Part shown: piece by piece, positions 10,824-20,864 of the stretch
How the letters are laid out: each line of letters starts with the position of its first letter
How positions within the stretch are numbered: the stretch's first letter is position 1
NCBI GenBank assembly: GCA_039586365.1
Contig: JBDHKN010000054.1
Coordinates: 1-32,433, forward strand
Direction of reading: 5' to 3'
Source: Gemmatimonadota bacterium
GTDB taxonomy: Bacteria; Gemmatimonadota; Gemmatimonadetes; Gemmatimonadales; GWC2-71-9
Length of the DNA stretch: 32,433 nt
Position numbers and translations under genes: made by a program
The notes under the pieces: generated by a model
Databases searched by the model: none
Told to the model about the DNA's origin: nothing
Seen by the model: the letters and a program-made list of their open reading frames with translations, nothing else

Positions 10824-11183
10824 ATGCCGACACTCGATCCTCGATCCCTTCTTCCCCTTACCCACCTCTCCTACCACGTCCTGCTGGCCTTGGCCGACGA
10901 TGACCGCCACGGGTACGGGATCATCAAGGAAGTCCTGGCCCGAACCGACGGACAGATGGAGCTGGAGACTGGGACACTGTACACGGCTCTGAAGCGCCTG
11001 AAGGATGAGGGGCTCATCGACATCGTGGGACGGCGGGAGCGGCCGCCGGGCGAGGACGATCGTCGGCGCACTTATCGCCTGACACCTTGCGGGAGGGAGG
11101 TCCTGGCGGCCGAGTCCCAGCGCCTGGCTTCTCTGGTGGGGGTGGCCATGGAGAAGCGTGTCCTTCCTGCCACCTCAGCCTGA
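10824..11183 (+). CDS. PadR-family transcriptional regulator (ADOP-associated)
   Basis: LLALADDDRHGYGIIKEV...GTLYTALKRL...RRRTYRLTPCGR; ATG at 10824 after GGGGG. Confidence 0.92.
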   Translation: MPTLDPRSLLPLTHLSYHVLLALADDDRHGYGIIKEVLARTDGQMELETGTLYTALKRLKDEGLIDIVGRRERPPGEDDRRRTYRLTPCGREVLAAESQRLASLVGVAMEKRVLPATSA

Positions 11184-11193
11184 GGGTTGAGCA

Positions 11194-13947
11194 ATGAGCA
11201 TATCATCGAGGGTCCTCTTCCGCCTCTACCGACTCCTGATGGGTCTCTACCCCTCCGAGTTCCGGGCCGAATGGTCGGGCGACATGCTGCGGACAGTGAT
11301 TGTGAGGGAAGGAGCGCTCGGTGGTGAGGCCGGAATGCTGCGGCGGCTCCGATTCTGGCGTCGCGAGCTGTTTGCGGTGCTCGGTACCGCCCTGCGGCAG
11401 CGCTGGAAGTGGGCACGGATCAGGGATTCCTCCGTGGCTTCGAGAGGGACCGATGCCCGGCAGGAACGGTCCACGATGGCGCAGGGCCCCAGACGCAGGC
11501 GACCCACAGCGATAGAGCCCATCCTCCGAGACCTTCGCTTTGCCTTGCGGCAACTGCTCCGACGTCCCGGCCTCTCCGTCGCGGCGGTGCTGACGCTTGC
11601 GCTGGGTATCGGGGCAAACACTGCCGTGTTCAGCGTCGTGAGCGGCGTCCTCCTGGAGCCGCTGCCTTACCCGGAGGAAGACCGCCTCGTAAGGGTCTAC
11701 GACGAGAATCCGAACTTCCCCCGTTTCCCACTCGCCCCCGCAGCGTTCAACGACTACCGGGAGCTGGAGTTGCCCTTCTCGGGCTTCGCCACATACAGCC
11801 GAGTTAACCTCCAGCTTTCAGAAGATGATCGGCCCGAGCAGTTGACGGGGATGCGCGTCTCCAGCGGGTTCTTCCAGGTGCTGGGTATGGAACCCGCGCT
11901 GGGGAGAGGGTTCACCCGGGAGGAGGAATTGGCGGGCAATCACTACCAGCTGGTGCTGGGTTATCAGCTTTGGCAGCGCCGATTCAACGGTGATGCGAGC
12001 GTGCTAGGTCGCACCCTGGAGTTGTCGGGGCGGACCTTCACTGTGGTGGGCGTGGCGCATCCGGACCTTCGGTCGCCGGGAGGCAGCTTTCGCTCGGTGG
12101 CCCACGGAGAGACCGTGGACTTGTGGTGGCCACTGGTGTTGGGCCCCGACGAGCAACCTCGCTTCTCCCATTACCTCAACGGAGTCGCCAGGCTCCGGAA
12201 CGGTGTTTCGCTGGAGCAGGCCGAGGCGGCCATGAACGTCATCGCCGCCGAGGTGGTGGCCCCCTTCGTCGACCCCGAGGATGAAGGAGACGCCTGGACC
12301 ATGAGCCTGGTCCCCCTTTCAGAGGACATCGTAGGACACGCCCGGTCCACGCTCCTGGTGCTGTTGGGGGCGGCCAGCCTCATCCTCCTCATGGCCTGCG
12401 TCAACATGGCGGGTGTAATGCTCGCCCGCGCTGCGGAGAGGCAGGGGGAGATCGCGCTTCGGATGGCTATCGGAGCCAGCCGGGGGCACCTGATCCGGCA
12501 GATGCTGGTAGAGGGAGCGGTGGTAGCGGCCCTGGGTGGGGTCGCCGGTGTGGTCCTGGGGGTGGTTGGGCTCTGGCAGCTCCTGGGTCTGGCTCCCGAG
12601 GTGTTGCCCAGGATTTACTCCATCGGGCTGGACGCAAAGGTCTTGGGCTTCGCAGTGGGAGCCACCGCCCTGACGGCTCTGGCCGCCGGCCTGGTCCCGG
12701 CATTCCATGCACGGCGCTTCGAGTTGGCCGGCACTCTCAAGGCCGACGGCGGCCGCGCCATCCGGAGTGCGGTCCGATCTCGGCGCGTGCTGGTGGTTTC
12801 CCAGGTTGCCCTGGCCGTGGTCCTCCTGGTAGGTGCGGGGCTCCTCCTCCGCAGCCTGGTAGGGCTCCAGCACGTGGACCCCGGGTTCAGGCCGGACGGA
12901 GTGCTCACTGCCAGGTTGAGCCTGCCCTCTGCCCGCTACTCGTCGGCCCAGGACAGAGCAGAGTTCTATCGAGAGTTGGAGAGCAGACTGGAGGGCTTGC
13001 CAGGCGTCTGGGCTACGGGGGTCTCGTATGCCCTTCCGTGGAGCGGATACGACGAGAACTCGGACTTCGAGATCGAAGGGTGGGAGCCGCCGGAGGACCT
13101 GTTGATGTCCTTGCGCTACCACTTCGTGGGCGCGGACTTCCTCGAGGCTATCGGGGTCCCGCTATTGGAAGGGCGGAACCTCCGGGACAGTGATGACAGG
13201 AGCCCCGATTCCCCCTTCGTGGCCCTAATCAATGAGGCGATGGCCCGTCGCTTTTGGAGAGAGCAGCCAGGCGCCGGGAATCCAGTCGGAAGCCAGCTCC
13301 ATTTCTGGGGACAGGTAGTGACGATCGTGGGGATCGTGGGGAACATCAAAGACGGTCCGTCCAGTGCCGAAACCCGGCCCGCTGCCTTTTTTCACATCCT
13401 CCAGTTTCCCCGCTCCAGTGCGTCAGTGGCGCTCCACACCAGGGGCGACCCAATGAGTCTGGTGGGATCCCTGCGTGAGGTTGTGGCGAGCATCGACCCG
13501 GCTCTTCCGTTGGCGGAGGTCCGCCCCCTGAGCGAGATTGCAGGTGCCACCACGGCTCCGGCCCGTTTCACCGTGCTCCTGGTGGGCGTGTTCGCGGCGA
13601 TGGCGCTCACACTTGCGGTGGTGGGGCTTTACGGTCTCCTGTCGTATCTGGTGGGACAACGGAGTCAGGAGATCGCGGTGCGCATGGCTTTGGGGGCCGC
13701 CGGCGGACGAGTGCTTGGGCTGGTGGTGACCGAAGGGTTGCTCTTGACCGCTTTCGGCCTGGTATTGGGCATCGCGGCTAGCCTGGCTCTGGCCCGGTTC
13801 CTGGCCTCGCTCCTGTTCGGCATCACCCCGTTCGATCCCCTCACCCTTGTGGGAGTGGCAGTGGCGGTCTTGGTGGTGGCTGGGACGTCCTGCCTTCTTC
13901 CGGCAATGCGGGCTGCGAGGGTGGAACCCGCGCGGGCCATGCGGTGA
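11194..13947 (+). CDS. Duplicated orphan ABC permease (ADOP; 2x MacB_PCD/FtsX)
   Basis: DLRFALRQL...LTLALGIGANTAVFSVV, LILLMACVN, EIALRMAIGA, second EIAVRMALGA; no ATPase gene nearby. Confidence 0.93.
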   Translation: MSISSRVLFRLYRLLMGLYPSEFRAEWSGDMLRTVIVREGALGGEAGMLRRLRFWRRELFAVLGTALRQRWKWARIRDSSVASRGTDARQERSTMAQGPRRRRPTAIEPILRDLRFALRQLLRRPGLSVAAVLTLALGIGANTAVFSVVSGVLLEPLPYPEEDRLVRVYDENPNFPRFPLAPAAFNDYRELELPFSGFATYSRVNLQLSEDDRPEQLTGMRVSSGFFQVLGMEPALGRGFTREEELAGNHYQLVLGYQLWQRRFNGDASVLGRTLELSGRTFTVVGVAHPDLRSPGGSFRSVAHGETVDLWWPLVLGPDEQPRFSHYLNGVARLRNGVSLEQAEAAMNVIAAEVVAPFVDPEDEGDAWTMSLVPLSEDIVGHARSTLLVLLGAASLILLMACVNMAGVMLARAAERQGEIALRMAIGASRGHLIRQMLVEGAVVAALGGVAGVVLGVVGLWQLLGLAPEVLPRIYSIGLDAKVLGFAVGATALTALAAGLVPAFHARRFELAGTLKADGGRAIRSAVRSRRVLVVSQVALAVVLLVGAGLLLRSLVGLQHVDPGFRPDGVLTARLSLPSARYSSAQDRAEFYRELESRLEGLPGVWATGVSYALPWSGYDENSDFEIEGWEPPEDLLMSLRYHFVGADFLEAIGVPLLEGRNLRDSDDRSPDSPFVALINEAMARRFWREQPGAGNPVGSQLHFWGQVVTIVGIVGNIKDGPSSAETRPAAFFHILQFPRSSASVALHTRGDPMSLVGSLREVVASIDPALPLAEVRPLSEIAGATTAPARFTVLLVGVFAAMALTLAVVGLYGLLSYLVGQRSQEIAVRMALGAAGGRVLGLVVTEGLLLTAFGLVLGIAASLALARFLASLLFGITPFDPLTLVGVAVAVLVVAGTSCLLPAMRAARVEPARAMR

Positions 13948-14053
13948 CGCCAATGGGGTTGTAGGGCCAAAGATCTCGGCGCTCGAACACAGGCAGCCGA
14001 CTTTCGACTAACGACCCCTGGCTCCCGCGCGTTAGCTGTCATACAGCTTGCGG

Positions 14054-14071
14054 ACGTGTCCCGATGTGCCC
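14054..14071 (+). repeat. Arm-like dimer just downstream of the integrase stop
   Basis: ACGTGTCC/ATGTGCCC at 10-bp period; TGTCCCGATGTGCC matches TGTCCCAATGTGCC at 24014-24027 (13/14). Confidence 0.55.
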
Positions 14072-14080
14072 TGAAGACTC

Positions 14081-14218
14081 CTACTCGCTGTGGAGCGCGG
14101 CCAGCCTGGCGGTGCCCTCGCGCAGGTCGGACTCGGCGACGATCGAGTACCGCCGGTAGACGGCATCGGTCTTATGGCCGGTTAGCTTCATCGCCGCCAA
14201 ACGTGAGACTCCCGCGCG
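14081..14218 (-). pseudogene. 3' remnant of a tyrosine recombinase/integrase
   Basis: Manual translation RAGVSRLAAMKLTGHKTDAVYRRYSIVAESDLREGTARLAALHSE*, the GH...Y catalytic box II; in-frame TAA at 14240-14242 and no HxxR upstream. Confidence 0.85.
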
Positions 14219-14303
14219 CTGAGGCGACTGGATGACCCCTTAAGGCAGGATCGGCACTGGAACGACCTTGGTTAGTGGCTCAATGGTACGGATCGGTTGG
14301 TGC

Positions 14304-16325
14304 TCAAGCTGGGTCGGTGCGCTGCGTGCTACTCAGCGATGACCCACCCGACGATAACGGTTCTTCGCCTGCCCCTTTCAGTGCCGCCTCGACCTCCGAA
14401 CGTCCCTCCAAGAGCCGCTCAATGTCGCCAGCGATCTCGCTGGCGTTGGTGAGGTCCTGAGTAATTCCCCCGACCGTTCCACTGCCAGCGTGCAAACGAA
14501 GCAGACCGAGCCGGATGGTCTCCAGCGAGGCAACCGCATCCTGTAGCCTGACCTGGGCCCCGTCGCGCGCCCGCTCGAGATCGTCCTTGACTTGGTCACG
14601 CTGCACCCTCAGGTCGGGATTGGAAACAACCGAAGCCGCACGTTTTGAGAATCCGCTGTCCCCTTCGCCTCCGATATCGAAGAGCATTCCATTCAACTCT
14701 TCGATGCGTTGCCGCATCCCCAAAGCATCCTTCTCGAGACGATTCACAAGTTCGGGGAGTTCTTCGAGATCCTTTTGTGCTGCCTTCGGCAATTCTTCGA
14801 AGAGACGCTCGGCAGCCATCCCAATCGCCAACTCGGTGGGTCCATAGGCCGACCCCGCATTCGGGAGACCCTTGAGCCGGACGCCTGCCGCCTTGAACAA
14901 CCACTTGCCCACACGACTCTCCCAGAACTTGCTCCACCATTTCCCGGGCAAGCCACGCCGGCTACCACCTCTCACCGCCGTGAGGGGAATCCCCACCAGA
15001 CTGGCGACCAACCCCCCCGCCGTGAGCGCACCCAAACCTCCAAGGACCAAATCCGAGATGGCATTCAGATCTAGGATGTATGCCAAGGCCGTCCCGACTC
15101 CCATTGCGGCTAGGCCCCCGTACATGAGTCCCAGGGACATCCGATCGACCCAATTCGTCTCACCCCCGCGCTCGAACGCCAGTTCCTCCTTGCGTGTCTG
15201 AAGATCGTCTTTGAGTGCTAGGAGAAGCTCTTGACGCCCATATCCCGACCCAAGGAGCTGGCGTGCCATGCGTAGGAGCATCCCGATTGGGACAACACCC
15301 ATTACGAGGGCCCCCGACAGCATGAAAAGGGCGATGATAGGTTCTCCACTCACACCCGCAACCAAAGCGACCACCGCTGCGTAGGCCACGAACAGAGCCC
15401 ACAGCGGCAAGCCACTCAACCGCTCGCGGTTTTGCTTGAGGAACACGCGAAGTGGCACCGGCATTTCTCGCCGCACCTCGATGGATTGGCTCAGTGCCAT
15501 GGCGAGGTCTTCGGCATTTGCGAACCGATCCGCGGGGGCCCTGGCGAGACAACGATCGATGGCCTGGGCCAGATGTTTAGGTACCTCGGGCGCGACACTG
15601 GAAAGGAGCGGCGCAGCTTGGGTGATGTGCTTGGCGAGCACCGCCGCGGCGGTCTCACCCCCGAAGGGGACTCGACCGGACAACATGTAGTATCCGACCA
15701 CTCCAAGGGAGTAGATATCACTCCGCTCATCCACTGTCTCGCCGCTCGCCTGCTCGGGACTCATGAATTCCGCGGTTCCCAACACCTCACCTCTTCCCGT
15801 GGTTCCTGGACTCTCGCGAACCTGAGCGATTCCGAAATCCGTCACCAACGCGCGCGCGCTGCCCACCTCGACTAGGATGTTGTCGGGTTTGACGTCTCGG
15901 TGCACCACGCCCTGGACGTGTGCATACGCGAGCGCCCATGCAACCTCGCGCAGGATCCGAACGGCTTCGCCCGGTGGAAGAGCTCCTCGCTCCCGGATCG
16001 CCGAGCCGAGCGTAAAACCGTCGACATACGCCATCGTGAAGAACACGAAGCCGCCCACGTCGTCCACTGTGTAGATCGGAACGATGTTTGGCTGTGAGAG
16101 CTTTGCCGCTGTGCGCGCCTCACGCATGAACCTCTCGCGCATCGTGGGATCGGCTGCCATGTGTGGCGGCAATAGTTTGAGCGCAACCGGACGGTCGAGC
16201 GCGACTTCATGGGCCAAATACACGATCCCCATCCCACCTCGGCCGAGTTCGCGCTGGAGGGAATATCTGCCGGCGAGCGCCTCCTGGAGGGTTATGAACT
16301 CCTGGTCCGGAATCCGGTCGGTCAT
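14304..16325 (-). CDS. Hanks-type Ser/Thr kinase with transmembrane helices and C-terminal coiled coil
   Basis: GRGGMG, VALK, HRDVKPDN, DFG, GTAEFMSPE and SDIYSLG intact; about 4 hydrophobic segments; heptad-rich tail. Confidence 0.92.
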   Translation of the reverse strand: MTDRIPDQEFITLQEALAGRYSLQRELGRGGMGIVYLAHEVALDRPVALKLLPPHMAADPTMRERFMREARTAAKLSQPNIVPIYTVDDVGGFVFFTMAYVDGFTLGSAIRERGALPPGEAVRILREVAWALAYAHVQGVVHRDVKPDNILVEVGSARALVTDFGIAQVRESPGTTGRGEVLGTAEFMSPEQASGETVDERSDIYSLGVVGYYMLSGRVPFGGETAAAVLAKHITQAAPLLSSVAPEVPKHLAQAIDRCLARAPADRFANAEDLAMALSQSIEVRREMPVPLRVFLKQNRERLSGLPLWALFVAYAAVVALVAGVSGEPIIALFMLSGALVMGVVPIGMLLRMARQLLGSGYGRQELLLALKDDLQTRKEELAFERGGETNWVDRMSLGLMYGGLAAMGVGTALAYILDLNAISDLVLGGLGALTAGGLVASLVGIPLTAVRGGSRRGLPGKWWSKFWESRVGKWLFKAAGVRLKGLPNAGSAYGPTELAIGMAAERLFEELPKAAQKDLEELPELVNRLEKDALGMRQRIEELNGMLFDIGGEGDSGFSKRAASVVSNPDLRVQRDQVKDDLERARDGAQVRLQDAVASLETIRLGLLRLHAGSGTVGGITQDLTNASEIAGDIERLLEGRSEVEAALKGAGEEPLSSGGSSLSSTQRTDPA

Positions 16326-16327
16326 GG

Positions 16328-16513
16328 CTAGGTATTATGGGGTCCGCAGCACGCCTGGGCGAGATCTAGCCGCAGCACTTTCACCGCCACCTTGCGGTGA
16401 TGCTTCAGGTCCTCGGCGAGATACACGGTCGCCATCCCACCGGAACCAAGCTCTCGCTCGATCCGGTAACGGTCGGACAGCGCGGTCTTGAGACGTTCCA
16501 ACAGGTCGGCCAC
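16328..16513 (-). pseudogene. 5' stump of Ser/Thr kinase (N-lobe only)
   Basis: [47 protein letters not shown], then unrelated residues and stop. Confidence 0.88.
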
Positions 16514-16640
16514 GGGGACGGCCTCCGATTCGCGATTGCATTAACCTACGATGCGCCTCCGAAGACGGCCAGATTGACGCCCAGCGCAACGGCTGGCGGG
16601 GTCACAGCAGCCTCAAAGAGCGCCTTAAGAGACCTCTCCG

Positions 16641-16660
16641 CGGTGATTACTCGGTGATTA
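16641..16660 (+). repeat. Tandem CGGTGATTA dimer (11-bp period), possible arm-type site
   Basis: CGGTGATTA at 16641 and 16652 in a non-coding junction. Confidence 0.45.
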
Positions 16661-16901
16661 TTGAAGCAGAAAACAGGAGTTCCTCGACATCGCGGAGGCT
16701 CAGAGTGAATCGACGGTAAAGCCAAACGCTGTGGGTGATGATTTCAGGTGGGGAGCGGTAGCCACGGTAGCTGGTCGTATTCGTTCTCATAGGAAGAGGA
16801 TGCCTGGACTGAACTCAAGTCGACAATACCGTTCCAAGAAATAGCAGACGCGACGATCGGGAGCACGGGTCACTGATGGGTATGTATGAGAGGTTGGAGT
16901 A

Positions 16902-16940
16902 TACTAGTCACTTGACTATTAGTCTATCGACTAGTAGTTT
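16902..16940 (+). promoter_or_regulatory. sigma70-type promoter overlapped by putative PadR operator
   Basis: TTGACT(16912)-17 bp-TAGTTT(16935); TAGTC-N4-GACTA twice (16905-16918, 16920-16933). Confidence 0.75.
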
Positions 16941-16969
16941 GGCTGCGCGTAGTTGAACACGGAGCAGCC

Positions 16970-17347
16970 ATGAAGCCATCACCAATAGATAAACCTACGG
17001 CCGTGAACCAGCGGGACTTCCTCCTACTTTTGGCGCTCACCGAGGGTCCGCGCCACGGGTACGGGCTATTGCAGGACGTCATGCAACTCACAGACGGCGA
17101 GGTGAAGTTCGATCCGGCAAACCTATATCGGTCCGCCAAGAAGATGATCGAACAAGCCCTTATAGAGCCGCACGACACACCAAAGGACGTTGCCTCGCTC
17201 GCGGGTAGTAATGCAGCGCGTCGCCAATACTTTGCGATCACCGAAAAGGGCTTGAACCTGGTGAGAGCGGAGGCGGCGAGAATGGACCGGCTGGCGCGGT
17301 TCGCAAGGGCGAGGAAACTGATACCGGAACCGGGGAGCCGACGTTGA
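16970..17347 (+). CDS. PadR-family transcriptional regulator
   Basis: LLALTEGPRHGYGLLQDV...DPANLYRS...RRQYFAITEKG; GGAG RBS. Confidence 0.92.
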   Translation: MKPSPIDKPTAVNQRDFLLLLALTEGPRHGYGLLQDVMQLTDGEVKFDPANLYRSAKKMIEQALIEPHDTPKDVASLAGSNAARRQYFAITEKGLNLVRAEAARMDRLARFARARKLIPEPGSRR

Positions 17348-20085
17348 GCCAAGAGCGGGATTCACTCCCACAAAGAATCTACCGCTTTCTCCTACTCGCC
17401 TATCCGCCTGAGTTCAGGAGACTCTATACCGCAGAAGCGGTCGAGACTTTTCGTGAACTGCATCGCGACGAATGGAGGTCCGGTGGCGTGCAGGCGGTCG
17501 CGTCGCTCTGGTTGCGTTCGGTGTCGCAGGTTGTCCGGTTTGGCTTCCGAGAGCGGTTGTCCCACGGACTGAGCCGCGCACACGCGATGCGATCGAGTGT
17601 TGGCTTTGCCAGACAACTTCTCCAAATCACGAGATCCCGCAGGAAACAGGCAGGAAGCGAGCATTCACGAATGGGCCAAAGACCAGGCTGGGGATTGATA
17701 CATTCCGCAGTCGCAGACATGCGGCATGCGTTTCGTACGTTTCGCCGGCACCCCGGTGCGATCCTCGTTGCTGTTGTGTCACTCGGAGTAGGGGTCGGGG
17801 CAAACGTCACGATCTTCAGCGTCGTCGACGTGTACGTGTTCCGGTCCCTCCCGTTTCCCGATCCAGACCAGCTCGTCCACGTGTATAGCACCATGCCGGA
17901 GCGGGGCTGGAACTTCAACAGCGTCTCGATCCCTGTCTTCCTCGATTTTCGCGAGCAGAGTCGGACGATGGACATCGCCGCGAGCTATCCCCGCGACGTC
18001 AACCTCTCAGGCGGCGACCGACCTGAAAGAGTGGGCTCGGAGCGGACGTCGTGGAATTACTTCGAGCTCTTCCAGGTTCAGCCGATACTTGGGCGAACTT
18101 TCGGACCTGAGGAAGAGGGAGACGGTAACCACCGCGTCGCGATATTGAGCCACGGGTTGTGGCAGCGCCACTTCGGGTCGGACCCCTCGCTGCTGGGGCA
18201 GACGATCCAGCTAGACGCGGAGCCTTTCACTGTCATCGGTATTATGCCCCCGGACTTCCGCTTCGGCCTGACGCTAACCGATGTGTGGACGCCATTCGGC
18301 ATCACCGGCGAAGAGAGCCGTGGAACCAAAAGGCTCAATCCGGTTGGGAGACTTCTTCCCGGCGCAACCGTGATGCAGGCGAATACCGACGTGGCTGCCA
18401 TTGCCGAGCAGCTGGCGGAGGGTTATCCGGAGATACACGGAGGTTGGACCGCCGGCGCGAGAGATCTGGATGACTACATCGTTCCGGTTGAAGCTCGAGT
18501 CGGCATGCTGATTACCAGCGTTGCCGCAGCTCTTGTACTGCTGATCGCATGCACCAACGTTGCCAACCTTATGCTGACGCGGGCCACCGCACGCGTTCGC
18601 GAGATCGCGGTGATGGGAGCGCTTGGTGCAAGCAGAACCCGAATTGTACGTCACCTGTTCACAGATTCGATGGTCGTTGCATTCTTGGGTGGAATCCTGG
18701 GGATTGTGATATCGGTGGCAGGCATCCGCTGGTACATATCTCTCATCCCCGCTTGGGCACCACGCGTGGAAGAGGTTGGGATCGACGGCAGAGTCCTGGC
18801 GTTCGCCGTAATCATGACCACGCTGACCGGCATCGTATTTGGCGTCGCCCCCGCACTCAGGAACTCTCTACCCAACTTCTCCGAGTCGCTCAAGGAGGGC
18901 GCCCGTGGAGTGTCGGGTGGGCGGGGCAGTCGCCTTCGGAAAGTGCTTGTCGTGTCGGAAGTGACAATGGCTTTGACGTTGCTGGTGGGATCGGCTCTAC
19001 TGGTGCGAGGCTTCTTCAATCTGCAGTCATTGAATACGGGATGGCGCGAGGAGAACGTTCTCACTTTCCGTCTCTCACTGCCTCAGAGTGAGTACCCGGA
19101 TGGAAAGTCGGTGAGCAGCTTCTACCGACCGCTGATTCAACAATTGGAGACGCTGCCCGGCGTCGAATCGGCAGGCGCCATTTCAAATCTGCCGATGCAA
19201 AGCAACTCGAATACGCTGTACGACGTGCCCGGGCAGGAGGCGCCGAATCCCCAACAACGCCCCCTTGCCGAATATCGCTTCATCTTGCCCGGGTATTTTC
19301 CGGCAATGGACATCGTCTCGGTGCGGGGCCGCAACTTCGACGAAGGTGACCGTCCCGACACACGGCCCGTGGCGATCGTGAACGAGATGCTCACGGAACT
19401 ACACTGGCCGAACGAAGACCCGATCGGCAAGCAGGTGGAGTTCTGGGGCGAGACTCGCGAGATCGTGGGCGTCGTGGAAAACACAATCGTCTACGACCAG
19501 GTGACTCGACCAATGATTTTCTTGTCAGCGTTCCAGTCGCCCAGAAACAGCATGAGCGTTGTCCTGCACACGTCGGGCGAGCCCGCTGCACTGGTGGAAA
19601 CCGTCAGAACTGAGGTGTCGTCGCTTGACCCGAACCTCCCGCTCTACCGCATAATGAGTATGAAGCAGGTCGTGCGCGAAAGCCGTCAGATGGACACATT
19701 GATGGCGAAGATGATGGCCGCGATGGCTGTCGTCGCTCTCGTTCTGTCGGTGGCGGGCGTATACGGAGTAATCTCCTGCTCGGTCGCCGAGCGCACCCAG
19801 GAGATGGGAATCAGGATGGCGCTTGGAGCGCGTGAGGCCAGCGTGCTGGCTCTGGTGCTGCGGCAGGGCGCGGCGCTAACCGGGATAGGGATACTCGTCG
19901 GGATTCTCTCGGCATCGCTGGTTGCCAGAGGTATGTCGCTATGGCTCTTCGGAGTCAGTCCGTTCGATGCTGTCTCGTTCGGTGCGGCAATTGTCATCCT
20001 GCTTGGCTCGGGCATTGCGGCGAGCTACTTCCCGGCACGCAGAGTCGCGAGGCTGGATCCACTCAAAGTGCTGAGGTATGAGTAG
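17344..20085 (+). CDS. Duplicated orphan ABC permease (ADOP)
   Basis: DMRHAFRTF...SLGVGVGANVTIFSVV, LLIACTNVANL, EMGIRMALGA, DPLKVLRYE; TTG start overlaps padR stop. Confidence 0.93.
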   Translation: MSQERDSLPQRIYRFLLLAYPPEFRRLYTAEAVETFRELHRDEWRSGGVQAVASLWLRSVSQVVRFGFRERLSHGLSRAHAMRSSVGFARQLLQITRSRRKQAGSEHSRMGQRPGWGLIHSAVADMRHAFRTFRRHPGAILVAVVSLGVGVGANVTIFSVVDVYVFRSLPFPDPDQLVHVYSTMPERGWNFNSVSIPVFLDFREQSRTMDIAASYPRDVNLSGGDRPERVGSERTSWNYFELFQVQPILGRTFGPEEEGDGNHRVAILSHGLWQRHFGSDPSLLGQTIQLDAEPFTVIGIMPPDFRFGLTLTDVWTPFGITGEESRGTKRLNPVGRLLPGATVMQANTDVAAIAEQLAEGYPEIHGGWTAGARDLDDYIVPVEARVGMLITSVAAALVLLIACTNVANLMLTRATARVREIAVMGALGASRTRIVRHLFTDSMVVAFLGGILGIVISVAGIRWYISLIPAWAPRVEEVGIDGRVLAFAVIMTTLTGIVFGVAPALRNSLPNFSESLKEGARGVSGGRGSRLRKVLVVSEVTMALTLLVGSALLVRGFFNLQSLNTGWREENVLTFRLSLPQSEYPDGKSVSSFYRPLIQQLETLPGVESAGAISNLPMQSNSNTLYDVPGQEAPNPQQRPLAEYRFILPGYFPAMDIVSVRGRNFDEGDRPDTRPVAIVNEMLTELHWPNEDPIGKQVEFWGETREIVGVVENTIVYDQVTRPMIFLSAFQSPRNSMSVVLHTSGEPAALVETVRTEVSSLDPNLPLYRIMSMKQVVRESRQMDTLMAKMMAAMAVVALVLSVAGVYGVISCSVAERTQEMGIRMALGAREASVLALVLRQGAALTGIGILVGILSASLVARGMSLWLFGVSPFDAVSFGAAIVILLGSGIAASYFPARRVARLDPLKVLRYE

Positions 20086-20300
20086 GAGTGTGGTGGCGCG
20101 TGAGCGAGCCGAGGCGGAGCGACTCCAGGATGTCGTCGCGCTTGCTCGGGCACCTTCATCACCGAACCAGCACGCGGGAAAGGACCCAACCCCGCGTCGC
20201 GCAGGGCTATTCTACCGCAGCTACCGTGTTGCCTAGCCCGACCTGAGTCGCCGGGCCAGCGCCCACGCAACCATTTGCCTCACTCAAGCCACTAACAGAC

Positions 20301-20864
20301 GTGACCGAACAATCGCAATCTCCGGCGCCGCGTGACCGCGAACTCGCGGATCGAGTGCTGGTCGACGGCGACGAGACCGCGTTTCGTATGCTGTATCGCA
20401 GGCATACACCAGCGCTGTACCAGCTGGTGTTGCGCATTCTGGGGGGTAATCAGCCCGACGCGGAGGACGTCGTACAGGAAGTGTGGATACGGGCCGTGGA
20501 AGGGCTGGGCCAGTTCCGATGGGGGTAGGCGCTCCGGACCTGGCTAGTTGGTATCGCCGTGAATCTCTGTCGGGGACTGTTCCGGAAGGGAGACAGGAAC
20601 TGGATCGAGGTCAACGACAGCTTGGAGTTGACACAAGTCATTCCAGCGGATGACCACCGGATTGATCTGGAGGCCGCCTTAGCGGCGTTGCCACCAGGCT
20701 ATCGCACGGTCGTCGTGTTGCACGATGTCGAAGGCCTCACCCACGCCGAGATTGGAGAACGGCTCGAGATCTCGGCCAACACGTCTAAGAGCCAGCTGTT
20801 TCGTGGTAGACGTATGCTACGAACCCTACTGGCGCCGGGCGGGATTCAAGACGCGAGGATATGA
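20301..20864 (+). pseudogene. ECF sigma factor interrupted by one in-frame TAG
   Basis: GDETAFRMLYRRH...DAEDVVQEVWIRA..QFRWG*ALRTWL...LPPGYRTVVVLHDVEGLTHAEIGERL...TSKSQLFRGR; stop at 20526-20528, same frame continues. Confidence 0.85.

Noticed and set aside
11194..13947. ADOP permease as exporter for the neighbouring cyclic glucan
   Set aside because: Known exporters are NdvA/Cgt-type ABC proteins; the genes are divergent and separated by a repeat, so adjacency is not evidence.
14270..14290. GGTTAGTGGCTCAATGGTA resembling a tRNA 5' end
   Set aside because: No anticodon or T-arm follows; probably chance.
16750..16820. tRNA-Met-like words (GGTAGCT..CTCATA)
   Set aside because: Spacing and stems do not fit a cloverleaf.
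20086..20260. Possible coding scrap (minus strand PSKRDDILESLRLGSLTRHH)
   Set aside because: Too short and not assignable to a family.
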